Positions 53,238 to 64,000 of a stretch of 64,000 nucleotides of DNA are shown here, piece after piece. Below the pieces are notes generated by a model, which saw only the letters and a list, made by a program, of their open reading frames with translations, searched no databases and was not told the origin of the DNA. Every line of letters begins with the position of its first letter. Within the stretch, counting starts at the first letter, position 1. The stretch is taken from contig NC_043011.1 in NCBI RefSeq assembly GCF_006345805.1, positions 60,524,464 through 60,588,463 of the forward strand, written 5' to 3'. A program made the position numbers and the translations under genes. The DNA comes from Octopus sinensis. Taxonomy: Eukaryota.

Positions 53238-53626
53238 AGAAGACACTCACCCAAGGTGCCAAATAAACACACACACTATATATTCGTTCTTCACTCTTTT
53301 GTGACCGTTCTTATTCTAACTGATGTCCATTGTCCAGAAATCTTTTGTCACACATTTGTGACCTCTTCAGCGACACTTTCTGTCTTCGTGTGTGCTCCTG
53401 CTCTGCTTATTTCATTCTCTTCTTCTGTGCTGTATATCAGAGGAGATACACATCATAGAGGAGCAGAATGAAATAAGTGGAGCAAGAGCATATACGAAGA
53501 CAAAATGTGTTGCTGAAGAGGTCACAGATGTGTAACAAAAGATTTCTGGACAATGGACATGAGTTAGAATAAGAACAGTCACAAAAGACTGAAGAACGAA
53601 TATATAGTGCCTGAGTTTGTTTGGCA
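53238..53626. mobile_element. ~390-bp fold-back element with a hammerhead-like core in each arm
   Basis: ~190-bp imperfect inverted arms. CTGAAGA-GGTCACA..TGT(G/A)AC-AAAA-GATTTC at 53508-53552 (+) and 53331-53375 (-). Confidence 0.8.
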
Positions 53627-53766
53627 AAAAAAAAAAATGACCATCCTGAAGTACAACAATATCTGTTTCAACACATGATTTCACATCCGGAGTCTTGCAT
53701 CACAAATTCATAAACACACACACACACACACACACAATTCATGTACCAATGTCTCATATGTAATTC

Positions 53767-53831
53767 TATGTATGTATGTATGTATGTATGTATGTATGTA
53801 TGTATGTATGTATGTATGTATCTCTCCATCC

Positions 53832-53893
<62 letters not shown>

Positions 53894-53900
53894 ATCTATA
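53767..53900. repeat. (TATG)n(TATC)n microsatellite
   Basis: Seen directly. Confidence 0.95.
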
Positions 53901-55307
53901 TTTTTTTGTTTGTTTCAGCTCAGAGCTGTGGCCATGCTGATGCACCGCCGTTATATCTATATAAAGTATGGCTAAACAATTAACTGATTTTTGTTCCACA
54001 AAAGCTGACAAGGAGCATAATCACTGAAATATAAAGATTGTCCTGCGAGATAACTTGTGGAAAATATTCCATATTTTCTCTAATTTGAGTTCTCTTTATC
54101 CACAGTTTAAGCAATCCAGAAGGAATGAAATCATAACACTGAAAACTTGTCACATTACTCAACACTAGTAATGATCAAACAGAAAGACTAAGACTGCTCT
54201 ATCTGGATTCAAGTGTATCCCCACCTAACAGATCACCATCACCTTCATTTTAGTGTCCACTTTTACACACTTGGGTCAGACATAATTCAGTGAGGCAGAT
54301 TTTCTACTGCTTGGTGCCCTTCATGTTGCTTACCCACACCCTTTTCCCCTCATGATTAGGCATATTTTCATAGAAGACTTGGAAACAGATGAAGTAACAC
54401 TGCTTGTATAACGGTGTTGCCTGTTTACAACTATTGTGCGATGCCAAAACAAGGCAGCACAAACACTTTTTCCATGCTTGCAGGGGTTAAACGAGAGAAT
54501 GTTGGGGCTGAGTTTTCTATGGCTCAATGCTGTTCCCTGTTGTGACCCAACACTTATTTTCCAAGCGATCAACAATCTCCCAATCTGACGATAAACAAAC
54601 ATGAATTTGTGGAGAACTGGAAACAAATGAGGCCAAATGAACACGCTATCATCATCATCATCATCGTCATTTGACATCCTTCTTCCATGCTGCCATGGAT
54701 TGGATGGTTTGACAAGAGCTGTCAAACCAGAAAACTGCTCCAAACTCAAGTTCTCGTTTTTGGCTTAGTTTTTATGATTGGATGTCCTTCTACATGTAAC
54801 CACTGTACAGAGTGAACTGGGTGCTCTTTACATGCACCAGCACTGGCAAAGTCTGTTTGGCTGGATGCCCTTTCTAATACTAATCGCTTTACAGAGTGAA
54901 CTGGTTACTTTTCACATGGCACCAGCACTGGGGAGGTCTACTTTGCCATGGTTTTTATAGATGTATGCCCTTCCAAACTTCAACCACTTTAAGGTGTGGA
55001 GTGGACACTTTTATGTGACACCAGTGAGGTCACCAAGTATTTAACGAGACAAAGATCCTTTCAGAGGGGTGGTCTTTATGTCAGGTGATGAGGAGTCAGA
55101 GGATGACAGAGGGGCAGAAACAAGTGTCTTGCCTTAGATGAGATACATGTTTACCCCAGACAGAAGGGGAGACATCAAGAGGTTTGGACATACTTTCTGT
55201 GATGGATTGTAAGTGAATGACACACTGAGTGAAGTTGTTGTTTATAACCAGTAAACAAACATGTGCAAACAAGGAAATACAAGCCCACCCCCCTACCCTG
55301 CTCTCCA

Positions 55308-55356
<49 letters not shown>

Positions 55357-55480
55357 GGTTTCTTTCAATTTCTATCTACCAAATCTACTCATGTGACTTT
55401 GGCTGGCCTGAAGTACTTGCCCAAGGTGTCAAAATGTGGGACTGGGCAACAAACTCCTTAAGCACACAGGCACATCTGCA

Positions 55481-55518
<38 letters not shown>

Positions 55519-55552
55519 TATACATACATAATATATATATATATACATATAT

Positions 55553-55642
<90 letters not shown>

Positions 55643-55872
55643 GTATGAGAATAAAACATTCTTGGTAGTGTTCAAAGTATTAAATGATGATGGTGATGAT
55701 GATATATGAGTGAATGGACAAGCAGGGGAAAGCGCAGCACTGAACACTCACGTGGTAGGAGCACTTGTATTATTTAATAACAGGTTTGACTCAGCTCCAT
55801 ACAACTTAATGTTTGGCAGTTTCATCAATTAAACAAATGTATCTCCTGTGACTTGTACACACATACACACAC

Positions 55873-56140
55873 ATGTGCAGACATGTGCATATGTGCAGAC
55901 ATGTGCGTATGTGCAGACATGTGCATATGTGCAGACATGTGCGTATGTGCAGACATGTGCATATGTGCAGACATGTGCGTATGTGCAGACATGTGCATAT
56001 GTGCAGGCATGTGCGTATGTGCAGACATGTGCATATGTGCAGACATGTGCGTATGTGCAGACATGTGCATATGTGCAGACATGTGCAGACATGTGCGTAT
56101 GTGCAGACATGTGCGTATGTGCAGACATGTGCATATGTGC
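55873..56140. repeat. 18-bp minisatellite with 36-bp higher-order alternation
   Basis: ATGTGCAGACATGTGCAT alternates with ATGTGCAGACATGTGCGT, about 15 units. Confidence 0.97.
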
Positions 56141-57112
56141 ACACACAACTTTTAATTGTAGTCAATGAGAAAGCTCTAAATAACAACATAGAATATTGGG
56201 TCAAAAATCCCTTGGATGGAGAATGTGAGAGGCTTTACATATTACAAACATATATATATATAGGCGTAGGAGGGGCTGTGTGGTAAGTAGCTTGCTTACC
56301 AACCACATGGTTCCGGGTTCAATCCCACTGTGAGGCACCTTGGGCAAGTGTCTTCTACTATAGCCTCGGGCCGACCAAAGCCTTGTGAATGGATTTGGTA
56401 GACGAAAACTGAAAGAAGCCCGTCGTATATATATATATATATATATATACATATATGTACGTATATGTTTGTGTGTCTTTGTTTGTCCCTATGCTGGTGT
56501 GTTTACGTCCCTGTCACTTAGCGGTTCAGCAAGAGAGACTGATAGAATAAGTACTGGGCTTACAAAGAATAAGTCCTGGGGTTGATTTGCTCGACTAAAG
56601 GTGGTGCTTCAGCATGGCCGTAGTCATATGATTGAAACAAATAAAAGAAAACATATAAGGGCATGCGGGTGTTAGGAAGGGCACCCAACCCTAAAAAAAG
56701 CATGCTGAAACAGACAGAGGAGGATGGTGCAGGCCAGCTCCTGTGAAACAGTTTGATCCATGCCACCATGGAAGGAGGGCATTAAATGACGATGATCATA
56801 TATATGGCTTAGTTGTTTGGGCATTGCACTCATGACTGTGAGATCGTGGTTTCAATTCCCAGACTCGGTGTTGCATTGCATTCTTGAGCAAAGCATTTCA
56901 TTTCATGTTGGTCTGCGATCATTTCATCATCTGACATGTGGCACATGGTGCACCTGTACAGGTAATGTCGATTTGATGGAGGGCGTCAGCTCATGTACAC
57001 ACAAACATTTGATCCCTATAAGCAAGCCATCTGCGTGGTTGTTCAGCAAGAAATTGCCGAACCCTCATATGTCGTCTAACAATGGGAGAGTTCATTATTA
57101 TTAGATTTATTC

Positions 57113-57730
57113 ACAGGGTGCATTGGGTAAATTGTTGCCATTTTATATTCTTGATTTCGTGCATGTGCATTGTTTATTTTTGATTTTGTTGACTACACAG
57201 TATAGTAGGGTCAGTTGGGCACCATCTGTGAGAAAAAGAGCACCGTGAATCAATTCACTCTGCCAGAAATTTTGAAATGACATGCTGTACTGCTTGGCAT
57301 TCGTGCCAGAAGCTACAGTATGAACAAATGGTGAACACACAGAACAACCATTGGCTTACCATGTCCCCAAAACATGTACCAAGAGTGATAAAAATCAAAC
57401 ATCCAGTTAACATCATGGTATTTGGAGTGATCCCTAGTGATGGTGAGGTTATGCCTCCATTCATCTTCTCACACAGCCTCAGATTCAACACAGAGATCTA
57501 TATCAAGTGCCTGGAGGATTTAGTGCTGCCCTGGCAACAGGACTCTGCACCATGCCACACAAGAAGGAGAACCCAGTCATGGCTGTCAGACAATTTCTGT
57601 GACCACACCACCCCTAACATCTGGCCAGCTAACTCCCCAGACTGTAACCCCTTTGATTATTATGTGTAGGGAACAGTGAGTTAGAGACCAACAAAACTCA
57701 TTGTAACACCAAAGATGAACTGAAGGCCAC
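57113..57730 (+). pseudogene. maT / DD37D (Tc1-mariner) transposase remnant, internally deleted
   Basis: ORF 57277-57669 has KHPVNIMVFGVI..DG..MPP and QQDSAPCH...WPANSPDCNPFDYYV, with 37 residues between the last two catalytic Asp. Left end ACAGGGTG. Confidence 0.9.
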
Positions 57731-57999
57731 ATTGTGTGTGTCTGTGTGCATGCATGCACGAATATACACACCATCATCGTTATTTAACATCTGTTTTTCA
57801 TATATCGTATTTTTGTGGTCACATTCTTTATGCCCAAATGGGTTTATAAGTGCATGTGAGTATATATATATATATACACGGATGTTAAATGACAATGATG
57901 GTGATGATATATAATAAATAATATGTAATATATACATATATACACAGAGATGTGTGTTTATGAATATATCATATATATGTGTGTGTGTGAGTGTGTCTG

Positions 58000-58052
<53 letters not shown>

Positions 58053-58399
58053 GTGTGTGTGTGTATATGCATGTATATATACATTTATGGTTGTGTGTGT
58101 GTGCATGTGTATATAAGTAAAATGATGTGATCAGTTATAGAAACGGATAAAGCTATGGAAAATGATTTCATATTTTGCACCTTATAATTTATCAAAATAT
58201 ATAATTTTATATAAAATGGAAAAAAAAAAAGAAAAGATATACATAAAATTAAAGATTATATTTTCATGGCTATTTTGATGAAATCTCCCAAGTTTCTTTT
58301 TTGTCTCTTTCAAATCTGCAAAAAGGTTATTCAGTAATAATATATAGTAGTAATAATAAAGAATTCTGGAAATTTGCTGTTGTTAGCAGTGATGGTATT

Positions 58400-58685
58400 A
58401 TTATCATCATCATTATCATCACTTATACCACCACTGCCACAACCATCATCATCACCATCATCATCACCATCATCATCACCATCATCATCAACAACACCAT
58501 TGCAACCATCATTATTGATACCACCATTATCCACATCAGCCTCACAAATGCCAACACCACCACCACCACCACCACCACCACTACCATCGTCATTATTACC
58601 TCCATATCCATCATCACACCCACCACAGCCACCAACACCATCACCATCATTACCATCATCACCATTATCACAGCCACCACCACTA
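58400..58685. repeat. Degenerate (CAT/CAC/CAA)n trinucleotide tract
   Basis: Seen directly; it explains the low-complexity ORFs at 58301-58816. Confidence 0.92.
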
Positions 58686-59384
58686 AAATTTACCCAAAAA
58701 AGCTGTAGCCAAACACAGGAGACAACCTTATAATATTTCTGAGCCAATGAAGGAGTAACTGCCCAGTGGTCATTAGACCTGCTAGAAACAGCAGTAAAAT
58801 CTCCCTCGAAATACAATTAATTAATTAATAGGGCAGGATGTCCCTTTATCTTGCTGAAAATATGATAACATCTCTGTAGTTGGCACCATGAAAAAAATAC
58901 CTTCAATAGGTGCAGGAGTGACTGTGTGGTAAGTAGCTTGCTTACCAACCACATGGTTGCAGGTTCAGTCTCACTGCATGGCACCTTGGGCAAGTGTCTT
59001 CTACTATAGCCTCGGGCTGACTAAAGCCTTGTGAGTGGATTTGGTAGATGAAAACTGAAAGAAGCCCGTCACATATATATATATATATATATATATGTGT
59101 GTATGTATGTGTGCATATATGTTTATCCCCCACCATTGCTTGACAACCGATGCTGGTATGCTTACGTCCCCATAACTTAGCGTTTCGGCAAAAGGGCTGA
59201 TAGAATAAGTACTAGGCTTACAAAGAATAAGTCCTGGGGTCGATTTGTTCATCAAAAGGCGAAAGTAAAAGAATAGACTTTATAAAATGGTTGGCACTAA
59301 GAAAGGTAACCAGTTGAAGAATTCAAGGCAAAAATGCAAGTTACAAGTTAAATGTACAGTTCTATATTTAAGAAATGAGGAATT

Positions 59385-59732
59385 ATGTACATTATTTACA
59401 TTGTTTACAATTGACAGATATTTGTCCTCATCTTGTTTGTTGTTGACACATTTCGGCTGAAACACCCTTCTTCAGGTGTCTTGGGGAAATTTCGAACCTG
59501 GGTTCTCATTCCTAAGGTATTTTTCGATGTTGTTGTTGTTATTATTATTATTATTCATGTGTGTCAGCCCTTGTGACCAATAAAAAGAATTAATTATTAT
59601 TATTATTATTCAGGTCACTGCCTGGAATCGAACTTGGAATCTTGGGGTTAGTAGCTCGTACTCTTAACCACTACGCCACATGCCCGTTAACAACAAACAA
59701 GATGAGGACAAATATCCATCAATTGTAAATAA
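59385..59732 (-). mobile_element. tRNA-headed element with a Penelope-like tail, a hammerhead-like core and an inverted terminal copy
   Basis: Minus-strand head GGGCATGTGGCGTAGTGGTTAAGAG...AAGTTCGATTCCAGG at ~59610-59686. GACAC-CTGAAGA-AGGGTGTTTCAGCC-GAAA-T-GTGTC at 59445-59480. ~59404-59446 is inverted at ~59687-59729. Confidence 0.75.
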
Positions 59733-59774
59733 CATGAATAATATAAGTTAAATGTAGTTCTCAGGAAAACTGAT

Positions 59775-59806
<32 letters not shown>

Positions 59807-59914
59807 GACATATAAAAGACATTCTTGAAGCTAAGTTGGAATATAGACAGCAGCCTGAAGTTATTTTGAATTCTTCATTTTAAGATATATTTGTAAATAA
59901 ATATATAAATATAT

Positions 59915-60040
59915 GCACACACATACGCACGCACACACATACGCACGCACACACATGCGCACGCACACACATACGCACGCACGCACGCACATATGCACAC
60001 ACACACATACGCACGCACACACATACGCACGCACGCACAT
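59915..60040. repeat. (CACACATACGCACG)-type purine-pyrimidine alternating repeat
   Basis: Seen directly. Confidence 0.9.
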
Positions 60041-60911
60041 GTAGAATGGGAAGAGAGAAAGAGAAGAGATTTGTTTAAAATTTAATTCTTATTCAGTTAT
60101 AATTATTTTGTTATAATTATTTAAATAGTTTAAGCCTATGATTCCAGAAAAACAAAAATCAACCAGTAATTTTCACAAAATAATTATCTCATTAATACAA
60201 TTTCACAATGCATAATTACAAGAGAGGGCGAGAGACAAAGCGAGAGGGAGAAAAAGAGAGACAAGGGGGAGGAAGGGAAGGAGAGGTGATTGGTGTCAGT
60301 AATAGAATAATAGAATTAGAAGTAACAAGATAGAGAAAACTGAAGAAGCAAGTAAAATTATTCAGTATCGTGTTGCCAAATTCTTCAATCCAGTTTCACA
60401 GCAAAAAAAAAAAGATAAAATGGTAAAATCTGTATATAATTACATTTCTATACTATATAGTTGGTTTTCTGCTTTTTTTTAAATCAGACATTAATTAATT
60501 GCACAAAACAAATTTAGAAAGCGATATATATGAAAACAGAAATTGTGTGCTTCAAATTTACATATAAGCAAAAATAAAAAAAAATTTAATTGTCTTCTTG
60601 TGAAAATAGAACTTTTGCCCTACGTATATAATAAAAAAATTTAATATATTTTCTGTGGATAAAGAAACTCTTTTTGTCTATTTTTATTTAATGAAATTTT
60701 TCTCTATGAATTTTGAAAAAATATTTTACAAAAAAAAACCATAAAAATAATAGGACTTTCTTTTTTCTGTAAAGCCATTTTTTAAAAAAATAAAATGTTT
60801 CTTTCATCTCTGATTTTTCACTGTAAAAATATTCTCACCACAATTTCTACTTGAAAGTAATTTATGCACATAAAAACATTTAGTGCAATTTCAACTCATT
60901 GCTAATATTTT

Positions 60912-60949
<38 letters not shown>

Positions 60950-60951
<2 letters not shown>

Positions 60952-61255
60952 ATCACGCTTCAGGAACAGTTGCTGCAACACCCTGGGTTTCAAGGGCCCA
61001 CAGCCTTTTAATATTCGCCCAAAGAGTCTGAGGAACTTGCACAAAGTAGATGTAGGGGTTTTTAAATCAAAGCTGGACCTCTTCCTGTCGAGAGTACCAG
61101 GTGAGCCTACCTCACGGCAAGAGGTGCAAATGAGGGTAGCTGTATCAAACTCCATTCTTTATCAAGTGCCACATATTAAAGGAGGCTCCTAATAATAAAA
61201 ATGTAGCGCAAAATGGCGGTGCATCAGCATGGCCACGGTTCTGAGCTGAAACTTT
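60950..61255 (+). pseudogene. 5'-truncated CR1/L2-group LINE (ORF2 C-terminus and 3' tail) in (TA)n
   Basis: NTLGFKGPQPFNIRPKSLRNLHKVDVGVFKSKLDLFLSRVPGEP...SNSILYQ matches the GPxLFNxLP..FKxxLDxFL..PDxP...SNSL pattern. Tail GGCGGTGCATCAGCATGGCCACGG..CTGAAAC. Confidence 0.85.
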
Positions 61256-63248
61256 AAAAATATATATATATATATATAGGTGCAGGAGTGGATGTGGGGT
61301 AAGTAGCTTGCTAACCAACCACATGGTTCTGGGTTCAGTCCTACTGCGTGGCACCTTGGGCAAGTGTTTTCTACTATAACCTGAATATACAAGACATTAC
61401 TATAGGAATTAAGGCACAATTTTCATCTATATCAAACTCACTTTCCCCACATAATGGAGTCTGCGAAGCGTCAATACAACCTTGGGCTACAATGTTGTAA
61501 CAAGAGCCACAAATAGTTGAAATGAGCAAAAAATACACAAAACAAGTTATTGGTATTTCAGATATTTCATTATGAATGCTTCACTAATCAATAAAACCAA
61601 TTACATTTATATAAAATGTAACCACATGTGAATACCACCACATGTGAATCGGCAAATTTTTCTCCGTCTTCCTTTTCGCTTGGACTTTCCTCTGTCTCCT
61701 CTTTCTGAAGAAGAGTTTTGCAAGGAACGTTAAACCACCTTTCTTTCTTTCCCTAGCGTCAGCTAATACTTCGCATGTACCATGTCCTTGCAAGGTTGTT
61801 TTTTGTTGTGTTTGTTCTTCGTCTTTTGGGATTTACCATTAATAAATCAGAGAAAACCAAAGATGTTAGTTTCACATTTGACATTTCACTGATGCACTGG
61901 ATATAACCAAGAAACTTGGATGGTGACATCCGTTTCAGAGGATTTACATCCTTGATTTAGTTATATATATATATATATGTATTTATATATATATATACAT
62001 TATATGTATATATATATATTCACATTATATATATACATATATATAGATATACATACATATATATACATGAATATATATATATATACATCCATATATATAC
62101 ATGAATATATATATATATATATATATAATATATATACATCCATATATATATATTATAGATAAAACTACTATTATGCAACTCAAACAGTGATAGTCATAAA
62201 CCAATATATATATATATAATTTTTTTTTTAAATATATAACTTATAATTAGATCTCAAAAAGTATAAAATGAATGATAAATATATAATATGTAAAAACACT
62301 ACATACGTTTCATGGCTACAATTAAACTCGAATATATATATAATGGGCTTCTTTCAGTTTCTGTGTATCAAACCCACCCTAAAGATTTGGCTGGTCCAGA
62401 GCTACACTAAGAATACTGCCCAAGATGCCATGCAGAAGGATTGAACTTGAAACCACATGCTTCTTAACCACACAGCCATGCCTGAACTGTCTGTAAAACT
62501 ACCTACTTTGTTTTGCTGTTTGTCGTGGTATAAATTTGAGAGGAAAAGAAGTTGTTATGCTATTGTTCAGAAACTTGTTTTTGTATGTCAGCGCAAATAC
62601 TGTGCAGTATTTAAGTCCAAAAAACGGAAGATAACCCATTAAGGGACATAACTCAGGTGAATTTAAACCAATCAATAAAAAAAAAAAAGGTTCAAATGAG
62701 CAGCAGATTAAATGTAATTAACTAAGAAAAAAGACCAAAAGTAATAGAAATAATAACACTTTAATGTTGAACCACGATGTGGTTGGAGTTGTTGAATGAG
62801 TGAAATCAGTTTAAAAGACTAAAAGAATGCTGTTCGTTAACAAGTGAAGGTTAATAAATGCCACTGCTGTGTTAAATAGACATATGATGGGAGGAGAGAG
62901 GTAACTGAGGACAACACAGAAACCCTTTGGTGATAAAAGTCACAAAAGTAAGTCTGTCTTGCTCAGTGACTCTCAACAAGATGCCAGATTCTGTTTAGTT
63001 GTTGCTTTTTTTTTGTATTTTTTTTGTGTGGTGTATAATATGTATATGTGTATATATTATTTTATATACCTCTCGTTACGATGCGCAGTAAATTTATCAA
63101 TACACTTGCATGAAGTATTTATGATACAAAAAGTCTTATATCTCTGGAGATATGTATGAAAAGTAGGGACAGTTGAAAGAGAAGGGAGATAGAAAGAAAA
63201 ACAAATAAGAAATATATATAAATAATATATATATATATATATATATCT

Positions 63249-63321
<73 letters not shown>

Positions 63322-63767
63322 ATATGTATATATATATATATACATATATAAACACACACATATATACATACACACAAACATATATATATATATATATTAT
63401 ATATATATATATATATCTATATATATATTATATATATATATATGAGAAACTGCAATTTCAAGACATTCTCAGGAGGCATTCAGGAAATATAAAAATGTAA
63501 ATTTAAAAATATATTTGTGAATGTTAAACCAGTTATTGTAATGTTTAATGTTTTTTTTTTCCTTTTTTTTTTCTCTGTAGAAAAAGAAATTTGATTTAGA
63601 CAAAAAGATGATACATTTTGATATGAAAAAAAAACATTGAAGAAATTCAAAGACAAAAACAAATGTTTTTGCTACTACATTTGATGGCATAGATGACACG
63701 CTGGCATAATAGGCACACCTCAGTTTCCATAGTTAATATTTAGGAAAAGAAGTTTTAAGTGCTTTAA

Positions 63768-63984
63768 CCCTTTGCCAGGCCTATGTATCACATATTTCCC
63801 TAGTGTCCCTGCATTGTATATGATACACACTCCCAGTTTTCTTTCAACCTTAGAGTAACTTGGGTGCAATGAAAGGGAAGCTTTATATTACACAGAATGT
63901 AGGAAGTAAGAGCAAACTAAAGTCTGCAAACAAGTATGGATGTTTAGGACAAACTTATTGAAAAAGGTTGGGACAGATAAAGGG
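63768..63984. mobile_element. piggyBac-like MITE with TTAA TSD
   Basis: TTAA|CCCTTT ... AAAGGG|TTAA, with TTAA at 63764-63767 and 63985-63988. Confidence 0.7.
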
Positions 63985-64000
63985 TTAAAGCATGGAAGAT

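Noticed and set aside
55806-56286. Cys/His-rich ORFs resembling zinc-finger or CxxCH-like repeats
   Set aside because: They are translations of an 18-bp minisatellite open in all six frames, with no splice signals or unique coding flanks.
57277-57669. Intact or domesticated transposase gene
   Set aside because: The DNA-binding domain and first catalytic Asp region are missing, there is an internal deletion before QQD, and the conserved Trp after DYYV is a stop.
58301-58816. Pro/Ser-, Gly/Asp- and Thr/Ile-rich ORFs
   Set aside because: Degenerate trinucleotide microsatellite, open in several frames on both strands.

Overview
AT-rich, repeat-saturated eukaryotic DNA. The SINE families and microsatellite load most resemble a cephalopod (Octopus-like) genome; this is inferred from sequence style, not from a search. 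There are no bacterial-type genes, rRNA, true tRNA or CRISPR arrays. Almost all listed ORFs are microsatellite or SINE artefacts. Supportable content: (1) at least four SINE-like families, often nested inside one another's microsatellites; (2) decayed coding remnants of R4/Dong-type (RLE), CR1/L2-type and Tx1-like LINEs, two maT (DD37D) transposases and a hAT (Buster/Charlie) transposase; (3) several MITEs, including a GGATC-ended long-TIR family with 8-bp TSDs and internal TTAGGG tracts; (4) several unrelated fold-back elements with Penelope-like inverted/direct repeats, some carrying minimal hammerhead-ribozyme-like cores, one joined to a tRNA-type Pol III head; (5) a candidate minus-strand spliced gene for a 52-aa microprotein (coding exons 11703-11833 and 9253-9280), with a possible 12-nt upstream microexon. 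Repeat boundaries were read by eye and are approximate unless TSDs are quoted.
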